Shown one piece after another: positions 19,682 through 29,609 of a stretch of DNA of 64,000 bases. The stretch is from Escherichia coli (GTDB lineage: Bacteria > Pseudomonadota > Gammaproteobacteria > Enterobacterales > Enterobacteriaceae). The position numbers and the translations under genes were made by a program. The DNA lies in assembly GCF_044324785.1 (NCBI RefSeq), contig NZ_CP172127.1; one strand, 5' to 3'. Under the pieces are notes generated by a model that ran no database searches, was not told the origin of the DNA, and was given only the letters and a program-made list of their open reading frames with translations. Numbering within the stretch: the first letter of the stretch is position 1; every line of letters starts with the position of its first letter.

Positions 19682-21034
19682 TTAACGAAACACCACTTCC
19701 GCCCAGCGTGCCAGCCCGGCGGTGACGGAGCCAAAGTCATCGCCACCTGCAATCGGAATGCCCGGCAACTGTTCTGTCAGCGCTTTTTTAATCAGCGGTG
19801 AACGGGCGCTACCGCCGGTCAGATAGATAACATCCGGTTTTTCCTGGGCGTTATCCAGCGCCAGTTGCACCTGTTCCAGAATCCGCGCCAGCGGCTGGCT
19901 GAGGGCGCTTTCCAGCCCTTGTCGGCTAATCAGCGTTGCCAATTCATCGCTGATAAACGGCAGTGAGGCGCGGGTTTCCGCTACGCTTGAAAGCGCAATT
20001 TTGCTCTCTTCTGCGCTGCGCACCAGGCGATAGCTTAAACGCTGACGCCAGACTTTCTGTAACAGGGCCACTTTCTCCGGTTCGCGGGCATCGCGTACCA
20101 GATCGTTAAGCAGACGACCGTTGGCACTACTGTAGAAATCACTTTGCGCAGGGACGTCGTTGATGGCAACCGCATTCCACCACGGCAGGATCGGCAGGGC
20201 GATGCCTTTTTCGGTTTCGCCACCCATGCCAAGTAACGGCATCAGGTTTTTAAACGCCAGCGCGATATCCAGATCGTTACCACCAATACGGCAACCACTG
20301 TGACCCAGCAGGCTGGCTTCACGATCGAGACGCGAACGCCACTGCGGCCCCATCAGCAGCAATGAACAGTCAGTCGTACCACCGCCGATATCCACCACCA
20401 GCACCCGTTTTTCTTCCTGCAAGGTGGCTTCGTAATCCAGCCCAGCCGCGACCGGCTCGTACTGGAATACCACGTCCCTGAATCCGGCACGCTTCGCCGC
20501 GCGTTCCAGAATCCCTTGCGCCTGGGCGTTTGCTTCATCGCCGCCCAGCCCCTGGAAGTTGATCGGGCGACCAATCACCGCCTGAGTAATCGCTTCTGGC
20601 AGCTGCGCCTGCGCCTGCTGGCGAATGTGCAACATCATTGCGCAGACCAGATCCTCAAACAGCGCTACCTGCTGCGGTTTTAAGCCGCTGGCACCGAGGA
20701 ACGATTTTGGTGATTTCACAAACCACACTTCTTCTGGATCATCAATGTACTGTGCCAGTGAGGAAAGACCGAACTGCACGCTTTTCGCCGTAACATCGAT
20801 ATCTTCTTCGCGGTTATAACGAATCGCCCGACGCAACAGCGCCTGCGTTTCATCGTCGTCTGCCGGAACATCATGATGGCGGTACAGCCATTCGCTTACC
20901 GCTTCACGCGTTGGCGCGCAAAGCATTGAAGGCAGCAGCGTGCTGTCGTTTTCCATTTTTAGCAAGTGCGGTTTACCGTCACGCATGACCGCCACTGAAC
21001 AGTTTGCTGTACCGTAATCAAAACCAATAAACAC
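19682..21034 (-). CDS. yegD: Hsp70/actin-fold chaperone-like protein YegD (450 aa from GTG 21034; in-frame ATG alternative at 21097)
   Basis: N-terminal FIGFDYGTANCSVAV and DIGGGTTD motifs characteristic of the Hsp70/DnaK ATPase fold. Confidence 0.85.
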   Translation of the reverse strand: MFIGFDYGTANCSVAVMRDGKPHLLKMENDSTLLPSMLCAPTREAVSEWLYRHHDVPADDDETQALLRRAIRYNREEDIDVTAKSVQFGLSSLAQYIDDPEEVWFVKSPKSFLGASGLKPQQVALFEDLVCAMMLHIRQQAQAQLPEAITQAVIGRPINFQGLGGDEANAQAQGILERAAKRAGFRDVVFQYEPVAAGLDYEATLQEEKRVLVVDIGGGTTDCSLLLMGPQWRSRLDREASLLGHSGCRIGGNDLDIALAFKNLMPLLGMGGETEKGIALPILPWWNAVAINDVPAQSDFYSSANGRLLNDLVRDAREPEKVALLQKVWRQRLSYRLVRSAEESKIALSSVAETRASLPFISDELATLISRQGLESALSQPLARILEQVQLALDNAQEKPDVIYLTGGSARSPLIKKALTEQLPGIPIAGGDDFGSVTAGLARWAEVVFR

Positions 21035-21167
21035 GAAATAATCCCCATGCCGGTGAAGAAGGGGCGTGACTTTAGCGAAATGTTGCCGTCGCGACAACCG
21101 GAATATGAAAGCAAAGCGTAGCGTCTGAATAACGTTTATGCTGAAAGCGGATTAACAAGGAGATGCG

Positions 21168-22025
21168 ATGTATACCCTGAACTGGCAGCCGCCATATGAC
21201 TGGTCGTGGATGTTGGGATTTCTCGCCGCCCGTGCGGTGAGCGGTGTTGAAACGGTTGCGGACGATTATTATGCCCGTAGTCTGGAGGTGGGCGAATATC
21301 GCGGCGTGGTGACTGCTATTCCGGATATAGCCAGCCATACTCTGCACATAAATTTAAGTGCAGGTTTAGAACCTGTTGCCGCTGAGTGTCTGGCGAAAAT
21401 GAGCCGCCAGTTTGATCTGCAATGTCACCCGCAGATTGTTAACGGTGCGTTGGGCAAGTTAGGCGCGGCGCGGCCCGGATTGCGTTTACCCGGCAGTGTT
21501 GATGCTTTTGAGCAGGGCGTGCGGGCGATTTTAGGCCAACTGGTGAGCGTGGCGATGGCGGCAAAATTGACCGCCAGAGTGGCACAGCTTTATGGCGAAC
21601 GGCTGGATGATTTTCCGGACTATGTCTGCTTCCCCACGCCTCAGCGGCTGGCTGCAGCCGACCCGCAGGCATTAAAAGCGTTAGGTATGCCGTTGAAACG
21701 GGCAGAGGCACTGATTCATCTGGCAAATGCGGCGCTGGAGGGCACCTTACCAATGACAATTCCGGGCGACGTAGAACAAGCGATGAAAACGCTGCAAACT
21801 TTTCCGGGTATCGGGCGCTGGACGGCGAATTATTTCGCCTTACGTGGCTGGCAGGCGAAAGATGTTTTCCTGCCGGATGATTATCTGATTAAACAGCGAT
21901 TTCCGGGAATGACACCGGCACAAATCCGCCGTTATGCCGAACGCTGGAAGCCCTGGCGTTCTTATGCGCTGTTGCATATCTGGTATACGGAAGGCTGGCA
22001 ACCAGACGGAACGGACGAATTGTAG
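21168..22025 (+). CDS. alkA: 3-methyladenine DNA glycosylase II AlkA, 285 aa
   Basis: Translation MYTLNWQPPYDWSWMLGFLAARAVSGVETV... recognised as AlkA. Confidence 0.93.
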   Translation: MYTLNWQPPYDWSWMLGFLAARAVSGVETVADDYYARSLEVGEYRGVVTAIPDIASHTLHINLSAGLEPVAAECLAKMSRQFDLQCHPQIVNGALGKLGAARPGLRLPGSVDAFEQGVRAILGQLVSVAMAAKLTARVAQLYGERLDDFPDYVCFPTPQRLAAADPQALKALGMPLKRAEALIHLANAALEGTLPMTIPGDVEQAMKTLQTFPGIGRWTANYFALRGWQAKDVFLPDDYLIKQRFPGMTPAQIRRYAERWKPWRSYALLHIWYTEGWQPDGTDEL

Positions 22026-22062
22026 GCCTGATACGCCGCATCAGTCGATGGGGAAGCACGCC

Positions 22063-25000
22063 TTAGTTAATCGCGAAATAACTGCTATTCACCAGCAAAT
22101 CCAGCGGTTGGGCATCGGCAATCACATCGCCATAAATCAGATCGACGCCGATGCCAGAAAGCGTATCCATCACCAGGGGTAAAACGACTGGCCCGGCGAT
22201 GGTCTTCATCCCGAGCCGCTGAGCGTGCCCCTGAATGATCGTAATCAGCATCTCATCCATCAAATTTCCCTGCACGTTGGCGCATAACTCACCATCAAGT
22301 AGCAGATAATCTGCCATATTTGCTTTCAGCGAGTTGAAGATTTGCAGATCGCGGCCCACCTGACTGAATACGATCCGACATCCCGCCAGCCGCAGTTTTT
22401 GCACGCTTTCTGCGTGATCTAAAATCGCGTCTGCCGGAATAATCAGATGTAATAACCGTGGTGGTATAGGGCTATTTTCCAGCTGCTCAATTAGTTCATT
22501 CACCAGCGTGGCGCTACTCAAACCGGCAACGGAAAGGGGGAGGGCGATGCTTAAGCCTTTACTGGCAATCGCTTTTGCGGCCTGCTGGAAAAAATCGTGG
22601 AATACCCGTCGGTCAAGAGCATGGCTAAGTGCCGGATCGCTGAAGCTACGACGAAATGTTTGTTCATCAATAATCTCGCCTTCGCAACTCCAGAGCTTAA
22701 GTGAAATCAGCCACAAATTACGTGCTTCCGGGATCCGCGGCGAAGCGACACCGTGGGCGATCATCATCAACTGATTTTCTTTAATCATCCGCCACTGTTC
22801 ATCAAGCGATATCGCCGCCCGTTCGCTATGTGCGGCAGCTTGCTGTGGTTCGTAAACCGTCACGCGGCCCCGTCCACCATTTTTGGAGGCATAACAGGCG
22901 ATATCAGCCTGCGACATCACTTCTGCCGCCTGATGATTGTTGTCATCAATCAAGGTAATCCCGGCACTGGCACCTACCCGATGTACACGTCCTTCCCATA
23001 TAAAGTGATAGTCATTCACGGCACTGATAATGCGTGTAGCGATAAAACGCGCGCTTTCAACATTACAGTCTGGTAGCAGCAGACCAAATTCATCCCCACC
23101 GAGTCGCGCCAGCACGTCGCTGGAGCGCAGCATACTCAGCATCAACGACGCCAGTTCGCGCAGCAAAGCGTCGCCAGCGGCGTGCCCGGCGCTGTCATTC
23201 ACCGCTTTAAAGCGATCAAGATCGATAAACACCAGTGCATGTCGCTGATGTGTACTGTTTACCGTTTGCAGCAGGATGCGTAGTTGTTTCTCAAAACTGG
23301 CGCGGTTGGCGAGATGCGTCAGTGCATCATGGGAGGCGCTGTAGCTCAGCTGGCGCAGCATTTTACGCGATTCGGTGACGTCCTGAATCACCAGAACCGA
23401 ACCAATATTGCTGCCGTCCAGAGTACTTAACGGCGTAATACTGTAATGCACGTCGTAGCTGCCGCCGCTTCGGCAGTGCAACACCACATCTTGTTCAATC
23501 GCGGAACGTGAGGTGTCGGCACTGTAAATGTTCTCCATTAATGGTCCGTTGTCGCCAAAAGTAATATGCAACACCGTCAGGAGTGGAACACCTAACGCTT
23601 CTTCCTGCGTCCAGCCGCTCATCTTCTCCGCCACCGGATTCATAAAGGTAATTTTCATTGCCATATCAATACAGACCACGGCTTCGCCGATGGAATCCAG
23701 CGTTATGTGCAGGCGCTCTTTTTCCTGAAACAATGCCTCGTTAAGCTGTTTCACTTCGGTCATATCCATATTAATGCCGAGCAGGCGTTCGACTTCGCCT
23801 TCTTTATTCAGTACCCGGTTGGCGAGGGCGCGGATATGGCGAATACCGTCTTTCACGGTAATGCGAAATTCCAGTTTAAAGGGAGAGCGTGATTGCAATG
23901 AATCGCGAATCACTTTTTCGGCGTGCTGGCGATCTTCCGGCAGCACGCAGTCGTACCACACCTGCCAGTTCGGTTTGATATGCGGAGGAATTTCATACAG
24001 CTCGAACATCCGCTTATCCCAGCTAAAAATATTCGGCTTAAGCTCCCACTCCCAGATGCCAATCCCGCCCGCTTCGTTAGCCAGCGTGATGCGCTCCATC
24101 AGTTGCTGGTTCACCTGTTCGGTGCGTTTTAGCTCGTTAATGTCTTCAATCTGAGCGATAAAATAGAGCGGCGTGCCATCCGTGTGGCGCACCAGTGAGA
24201 CGGCAAGCAACGCCCAGACAACATCGCCATTGCGGTTGTAGTAGCGTTTTTCCATTGAATAGGTGTTTATTTCACCGCTTATCAGCTTTTCAACCTGTTG
24301 GAGATCTTTATTGAGATCCTCCGGCCAGGTCAGTTGCTGAAAGGTGAGTCCGCGCAGCTCTTCCTGACTGTAACCGAGAAACTGGCAGAGCGCTTTGTTG
24401 GATTGCAGCCATTGCCCCTCGGTGCCCACTAATGCCATGCCGATGGCGGAATATTCCATGGCATTACGAAAACGGGTTTCGCTTTCAGAGATGTGTTTGC
24501 GTTCCGCACGAAAGGCATACATCACCATCGTCATGATGTTGGCGGGCAGCAGGATCAGCAAAAACGGTAGCCACGGCATATGGCTCATCAGGTATGTACG
24601 CGGCGTAGCAAGCAGGGAGGGATCAGCGGCCATCATCAGTGACACCATCATCACCGTGGTAAGGAAGATCAAAAAGGCTTCCATTCGTGGCAGGCGCACG
24701 GCGCTCCACATCAACAGCACAATAATGAAAGTAAAAGGCCACGGCAGATACAGCATCGAAAGCCAGCTTAACGTCAGTGTGATGGCCAACGTGAGCAGCG
24801 ACTCAAAAAGCAACCGTGGGTTGCGATGGCGCAGCAGATAGTGTGGTTTAAATAACAATCCCAGCGGCACCAGTGCCAGTGCGCCGATGGATTCTGAAAG
24901 TACCCATATCAAAAATGCCCTGAGAGGATCGTCTCCGGGCGTCAGCAGGACAACCAGAACACCCCCCAACAGAGGCGGAACAATGGCGCTGCCGAGTGCC

Positions 25001-25380
25001 AGACGCAGCCAGTCAGCCAGATTTTGCAATGGGTTATACCACGGCAGCAATTTACGCAGTAGCACTGCCCCGACCACGGCTTCAACAATATTGATGGTCG
25101 TCCAGGTCATGTTCAGCGAGCTGGTGGAAAAAAGCAGGATGGATGCGGCGATATTTCCCAGTGAGCAGCTCAGCGCAATCCCCGGCCACATGCGCCCGGC
25201 ATGGCGATAAAACGCCACCATCATGATGGACGTCGGGAACCACAGTGGGGCGAGTTGGGTGCCAAACTGCGAAAGCTCAAGCGAGAAAAGGGTAAAGATA
25301 AACGAGACTAAACCTAAACTGACCAGGTGAAGCAGCGGGTGGGGCAGGGCAATTAATACATGCTGTGATTGTTTGCTCAT
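22063..25380 (-). CDS. dgcE: diguanylate cyclase DgcE (YegE): MASE1-PAS-GGDEF-EAL, 1105 aa
   Basis: N-terminal multi-TM region, PAS region, GGDEF motif (RLGGDEF) and a C-terminal EAL-like domain. Length matches YegE. Confidence 0.93.
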   Translation of the reverse strand: MSKQSQHVLIALPHPLLHLVSLGLVSFIFTLFSLELSQFGTQLAPLWFPTSIMMVAFYRHAGRMWPGIALSCSLGNIAASILLFSTSSLNMTWTTINIVEAVVGAVLLRKLLPWYNPLQNLADWLRLALGSAIVPPLLGGVLVVLLTPGDDPLRAFLIWVLSESIGALALVPLGLLFKPHYLLRHRNPRLLFESLLTLAITLTLSWLSMLYLPWPFTFIIVLLMWSAVRLPRMEAFLIFLTTVMMVSLMMAADPSLLATPRTYLMSHMPWLPFLLILLPANIMTMVMYAFRAERKHISESETRFRNAMEYSAIGMALVGTEGQWLQSNKALCQFLGYSQEELRGLTFQQLTWPEDLNKDLQQVEKLISGEINTYSMEKRYYNRNGDVVWALLAVSLVRHTDGTPLYFIAQIEDINELKRTEQVNQQLMERITLANEAGGIGIWEWELKPNIFSWDKRMFELYEIPPHIKPNWQVWYDCVLPEDRQHAEKVIRDSLQSRSPFKLEFRITVKDGIRHIRALANRVLNKEGEVERLLGINMDMTEVKQLNEALFQEKERLHITLDSIGEAVVCIDMAMKITFMNPVAEKMSGWTQEEALGVPLLTVLHITFGDNGPLMENIYSADTSRSAIEQDVVLHCRSGGSYDVHYSITPLSTLDGSNIGSVLVIQDVTESRKMLRQLSYSASHDALTHLANRASFEKQLRILLQTVNSTHQRHALVFIDLDRFKAVNDSAGHAAGDALLRELASLMLSMLRSSDVLARLGGDEFGLLLPDCNVESARFIATRIISAVNDYHFIWEGRVHRVGASAGITLIDDNNHQAAEVMSQADIACYASKNGGRGRVTVYEPQQAAAHSERAAISLDEQWRMIKENQLMMIAHGVASPRIPEARNLWLISLKLWSCEGEIIDEQTFRRSFSDPALSHALDRRVFHDFFQQAAKAIASKGLSIALPLSVAGLSSATLVNELIEQLENSPIPPRLLHLIIPADAILDHAESVQKLRLAGCRIVFSQVGRDLQIFNSLKANMADYLLLDGELCANVQGNLMDEMLITIIQGHAQRLGMKTIAGPVVLPLVMDTLSGIGVDLIYGDVIADAQPLDLLVNSSYFAIN

Positions 25381-25697
25381 TACCGCTTTATCCGCAAGAC
25401 CAGGTCGCCAGTATTCGTTTCTGTGTTTATGCTAGTACAAAAGTTTTACATTTTATATGCGAATTGCTCATAAAGTGACGTAAAGGCGGATAATTTGCGC
25501 AACTGCGTATAACAATTTTTACCTTGTATAAAACTGATCAACGTAATTTGCCACCGGGAATTCTTCGTCAACAATTAACTCTGAGCGCGCGGCAACGCTA
25601 TTCGACTGGTATCAGGCGGATGAAATCCCTATAATTGCCGCGTTTGGCGCTTCGTCGCCCCCTTCCTAACATCCAGGTTAATCAGGTCGCTAAATAT

Positions 25698-26339
25698 ATG
25701 ACTGATCAGTCTCATCAGTGCGTCATTATCGGTATCGCTGGCGCATCGGCTTCCGGCAAGAGTCTTATTGCCAGTACCCTTTATCGTGAATTACGTGAGC
25801 AAGTCGGTGATGAACACATCGGCGTAATTCCCGAAGACTGCTATTACAAAGATCAAAGCCATCTGTCGATGGAAGAACGCGTTAAGACCAACTACGACCA
25901 TCCCAGCGCGATGGATCACAGCCTGCTGCTTGAGCATTTACAAGCGTTGAAACGCGGCTCGGCAATTGACCTGCCGGTTTACAGCTATGTTGAACATACG
26001 CGTATGAAAGAAACGGTGACGGTTGAGCCGAAGAAAGTCATCATTCTCGAAGGCATTTTGCTGCTGACGGATGCGCGTTTGCGTGACGAACTTAACTTCT
26101 CAATTTTCGTTGATACCCCGCTGGATATCTGCCTGATGCGCCGCATCAAGCGTGACGTTAACGAGCGTGGGCGTTCAATGGATTCAGTGATGGCGCAATA
26201 TCAAAAAACCGTGCGCCCGATGTTCCTGCAATTCATTGAGCCTTCTAAACAATATGCGGACATTATCGTGCCGCGCGGCGGGAAAAACCGCATCGCCATC
26301 GATATATTGAAAGCGAAAATAAGTCAGTTCTTTGAATAA
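25698..26339 (+). CDS. udk: uridine/cytidine kinase Udk, 213 aa
   Basis: Translation from ATG 25698 reads [27 protein letters not shown]..., with P-loop. The track ORF is an upstream extension. Confidence 0.93.
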
Positions 26340-26430
26340 GCTTGATAAATTGTGTACCGTTCAGTGATAACCTGGTATGCCCTTGACGTAATTGGCGTTA
26401 AGGGAGTGATGCACGAAAGGAGAAAATGCC

Positions 26431-27012
26431 ATGCGTCTGTGTGACCGAGATATTGAAGCCTGGCTTGATGAAGGCCGTTTGTCGATCAACCCACGTCCGC
26501 CAGTGGAGCGTATTAACGGCGCGACGGTGGATGTGCGCCTGGGCAATAAATTTCGTACCTTCCGTGGTCACACGGCAGCGTTTATCGATCTGAGCGGTCC
26601 CAAAGATGAAGTGAGCGCCGCGCTTGACCGCGTGATGAGCGATGAGATCGTACTCGATGAAAGCGAGGCGTTTTATCTTCACCCAGGAGAGCTGGCGCTG
26701 GCGGTGACGCTGGAGTCGGTGACGCTGCCAGCCGATCTGGTGGGATGGCTGGACGGTCGTTCCTCACTGGCGCGTCTGGGGCTGATGGTGCACGTCACCG
26801 CGCACCGTATCGATCCGGGCTGGTCTGGCTGTATTGTGCTGGAGTTCTACAACTCCGGTAAGCTGCCGCTGGCGCTGCGTCCGGGCATGTTAATTGGTGC
26901 GCTGAGCTTTGAGCCGCTTTCCGGCCCGGCGGCGCGACCTTACAACCGCCGTGAAGATGCGAAATATCGCAACCAGCAGGGCGCGGTAGCCAGCCGAATC
27001 GATAAAGACTAA
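26431..27012 (+). CDS. dcd: dCTP deaminase Dcd, 193 aa
   Basis: Translation [23 protein letters not shown]... recognised as Dcd. Confidence 0.95.
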   Translation: MRLCDRDIEAWLDEGRLSINPRPPVERINGATVDVRLGNKFRTFRGHTAAFIDLSGPKDEVSAALDRVMSDEIVLDESEAFYLHPGELALAVTLESVTLPADLVGWLDGRSSLARLGLMVHVTAHRIDPGWSGCIVLEFYNSGKLPLALRPGMLIGALSFEPLSGPAARPYNRREDAKYRNQQGAVASRIDKD

Positions 27013-27033
27013 TTCAGGCCCATTGAGGATACC

Positions 27034-28887
27034 ATGAGACGATTTCTGACGACGCTGATGATACTCCTGGTCGTGCTGGTGGCCGGGTTATCTGCGTTAG
27101 TGTTGCTGGTGAATCCGAATGATTTCCGCGACTATATGGTCAAGCAAGTTGCTGCACGTAGCGGTTATCAATTGCAGCTCGACGGGCCACTGCGTTGGCA
27201 CGTTTGGCCGCAGCTTAGTATCCTCTCCGGGCGAATGTCTCTCACTGCCCAGGGCGCGAGCCAGCCACTGGTTCGCGCAGACAACATGCGTCTGGACGTG
27301 GCGCTTTTACCACTGCTGAGTCATCAACTGAGCGTTAAGCAGGTGATGCTAAAAGGGGCAGTGATCCAACTGACGCCGCAGACGGAAGCGGTACGCAGTG
27401 AAGATGCCCCGGTTGCACCACGCGACAATACCTTGCCGGATCTGTCAGATGATCGCGGATGGTCGTTTGATATATCCAGTCTTAAGGTGGCGGACAGCGT
27501 GCTGGTGTTCCAGCATGAAGATGACGAGCAGGTGACAATCCGCAATATCCGCCTGCAAATGGAACAAGATCCCCAACATCGTGGCTCATTTGAGTTCTCC
27601 GGGCGGGTTAATCGCGATCAGCGCGATCTCACGATATCCCTTAACGGTACGGTAGATGCTTCTGATTATCCGCATGATTTAACGGCGGCTATTGAACAAA
27701 TTAACTGGCAGTTGCAGGGTGCAGATTTACCAAAACAAGGTATTCAGGGGCAGGGGAGTTTCCAGGCCCAGTGGCAGGAGTCACATAAACGCCTTTCATT
27801 TAACCAAATCAGTTTGACCGCCAATGACAGTACGCTGAGCGGGCAAGCACAGGTCACGCTGACAGAGAAACCGGAATGGCAGCTGAGGCTGCAATTCCCG
27901 CAACTGAATCTTGACAACCTCATCCCGCTTAAAGAAACAGCGAACGGTGAAAACGGTGCCGCGCAGCAGGGGCAGAGCCAATCCACGTTGCCGCGCCCGG
28001 TCATTTCTTCGCGTATTGATGAACCGGCCTATCAGGGATTGCAAGGCTTTACGGCTGATATTTTGTTGCAGGCCAGTAACGTGCGCTGGCGCGGAATGAA
28101 TTTTACAGATGTTGCCACGCAAATGACCAACAAATCGGGTCTGCTGGAAATTACTCAACTGCAGGGCAAACTTAACGGTGGGCAGGTTTCACTGCCGGGC
28201 ACGCTGGACGCGACATCAATAAATCCGCGGATAAACTTCCAGCCACGGCTGGAAAACGTTGAGATTGGTACCATTCTGAAGGCGTTTAACTATCCGATTT
28301 CGTTGACCGGAAAAATGTCACTGGCTGGTGATTTCTCCGGTGCTGACATAGATGCCGACGCATTCCGCCACAACTGGCAAGGACAGGCACATGTCGAAAT
28401 GACCGACACACGCATGGAAGGGATGAACTTCCAGCAGATGATTCAGCAAGCGGTAGAGCGTAATGGTGGTGATGTGAAGGCCGCTGAAAACTTCGATAAC
28501 GTGACGCGTCTTGACCGCTTTACCACCGATTTGACGTTGAAGGATGGCGTCGTGACGTTAAACGACATGCAAGGTCAATCGCCTGTGCTGGCGCTTACAG
28601 GGGAAGGTATGTTGAATCTGGCAGATCAAACCTGCGATACCCAGTTTGATATTCGGGTCGTGGGTGGCTGGAACGGGGAAAGCAAACTGATTGATTTCCT
28701 CAAAGAAACGCCAGTACCGCTGCGGGTTTATGGCAACTGGCAGCAACTTAATTACAGCCTGCAAGTGGATCAGTTACTGCGTAAACACTTACAGGACGAA
28801 GCGAAACGTCGCCTGAATGACTGGGCCGAGCGGAATAAAGATTCCCGCAATGGCAAAGATGTGAAGAAGTTGCTGGAGAAGATGTAA
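27034..28887 (+). CDS. asmA: outer membrane assembly protein AsmA, 617 aa
   Basis: N-terminal TM anchor MRRFLTTLMILLVVLVAGLSALVLL; length and sequence match AsmA. Confidence 0.93.
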   Translation: MRRFLTTLMILLVVLVAGLSALVLLVNPNDFRDYMVKQVAARSGYQLQLDGPLRWHVWPQLSILSGRMSLTAQGASQPLVRADNMRLDVALLPLLSHQLSVKQVMLKGAVIQLTPQTEAVRSEDAPVAPRDNTLPDLSDDRGWSFDISSLKVADSVLVFQHEDDEQVTIRNIRLQMEQDPQHRGSFEFSGRVNRDQRDLTISLNGTVDASDYPHDLTAAIEQINWQLQGADLPKQGIQGQGSFQAQWQESHKRLSFNQISLTANDSTLSGQAQVTLTEKPEWQLRLQFPQLNLDNLIPLKETANGENGAAQQGQSQSTLPRPVISSRIDEPAYQGLQGFTADILLQASNVRWRGMNFTDVATQMTNKSGLLEITQLQGKLNGGQVSLPGTLDATSINPRINFQPRLENVEIGTILKAFNYPISLTGKMSLAGDFSGADIDADAFRHNWQGQAHVEMTDTRMEGMNFQQMIQQAVERNGGDVKAAENFDNVTRLDRFTTDLTLKDGVVTLNDMQGQSPVLALTGEGMLNLADQTCDTQFDIRVVGGWNGESKLIDFLKETPVPLRVYGNWQQLNYSLQVDQLLRKHLQDEAKRRLNDWAERNKDSRNGKDVKKLLEKM

Positions 28888-28898
28888 GACAAGTTATG

Positions 28899-28934
28899 CA
28901 GATGGCGGCGTCAATTTGTCGCCATCTGTATTTA
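28899..28934. terminator. hairpin between convergent asmA and the higA-like gene (likely bidirectional terminator)
   Basis: CAGATGGCG-(loop)-CGCCATCTG inverted repeat followed by TATTTAT. Confidence 0.5.
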
Positions 28935-28939
28935 TAGTA

Positions 28940-29230
28940 CTAAGCAGCATGTGGATATTGAACTTCAATACGTTGAATATGCAATCCTGCATGAGCCATC
29001 ATGGTGATCAATTTATCGATACTAAAGATCTGGATCTTACCTCTGGCAAGTTCAGATATGCGAGGTTGAGTGACCCCTAAAGCAGACGCTGCCTGAGCCT
29101 GGCTAAACCCTTGTTGTTCAATCCAGTTATTAATGATCGTAACAAGTTCGGCACGGATCCGCATATTTTCCGCTTGTTCAGGGGTGTCACTCACCGCATC
29201 CCACACACTATCAAAGGTTTCAATTTTCAT
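28940..29230 (-). CDS. HigA-like HTH (XRE-family) antitoxin
   Basis: Translation from ATG 29230 (AGGAG SD) reads MKIETFDSVWDAVSDTPEQAENMRIRAEL...LGVTQPRISELARGK..., an antidote-type HTH protein. Sits directly downstream of, and overlaps, the toxin ORF. The track ORF begins at an upstream TTG. Confidence 0.7.
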   Translation of the reverse strand: MKIETFDSVWDAVSDTPEQAENMRIRAELVTIINNWIEQQGFSQAQAASALGVTQPRISELARGKIQIFSIDKLITMMAHAGLHIQRIEVQYPHAA

Positions 29231-29535
29231 TTTTCCGCTCCTGAACAAGTTCTTTATAGCGTCGTTTGGCTAAATCAATATCCGATTGACTGGTAGTCTG
29301 TGTTTTCTTTTGAAAACAATGCAATACGTAAACCGCTTCTTCAAATTTTGCGACATACATGACGCGATAGATCCCATCAGCATCGCGAGTACGAATCTCT
29401 CGCACACCAGGGCCGATAGTTGAAAAAGGTTTCCAGTCGTATGGGTTTAACCCTTGTTGGATCCTGTCGAGACGATTCTGGAAATGCGCGTAAATCGTCA
29501 AGACTGGTATCAAGAAAAGCCAGCTTTTTTCTCAT
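29220..29535 (-). pseudogene. HigB/Gp49-like (RelE/ParE superfamily) toxin gene, apparently frameshifted
   Basis: The toxin core (KPFSTIGPGVREIRTRDADGIYRVMYVAKFEEAVYVLHCFQKKTQ...) is in one frame with no ATG start. A well-signalled start (TATAAT, GGAG SD, ATG at 29535) opens a different frame encoding MRKKLAFLDTSLDDLRAFPESSRQ..., which stops at 29377. The two segments only join by a frame change near 29455-29480. Confidence 0.55.
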
Positions 29536-29609
29536 TACTCCATCCTTAGATTATACTAAATTTTGTATAAATCAAATGCGCAGTTTGAACCTGCGCATTT
29601 GATGTTTTA

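Noticed and set aside
22028-22052. REP-like partial palindrome (GTAGGCCTGATACGCCGCATCAG) between alkA and dgcE
   Set aside because: Only partial similarity to REP consensus and no clear inverted repeat; could simply be the convergent-gene spacer.
29513-29515. TTG at 29513 as the genuine start of the higB-like toxin
   Set aside because: No SD precedes it, whereas ATG 29535 in another frame has TATAAT plus GGAG and encodes a toxin-like N-terminus, so a frameshift is favoured. Not fully excluded.
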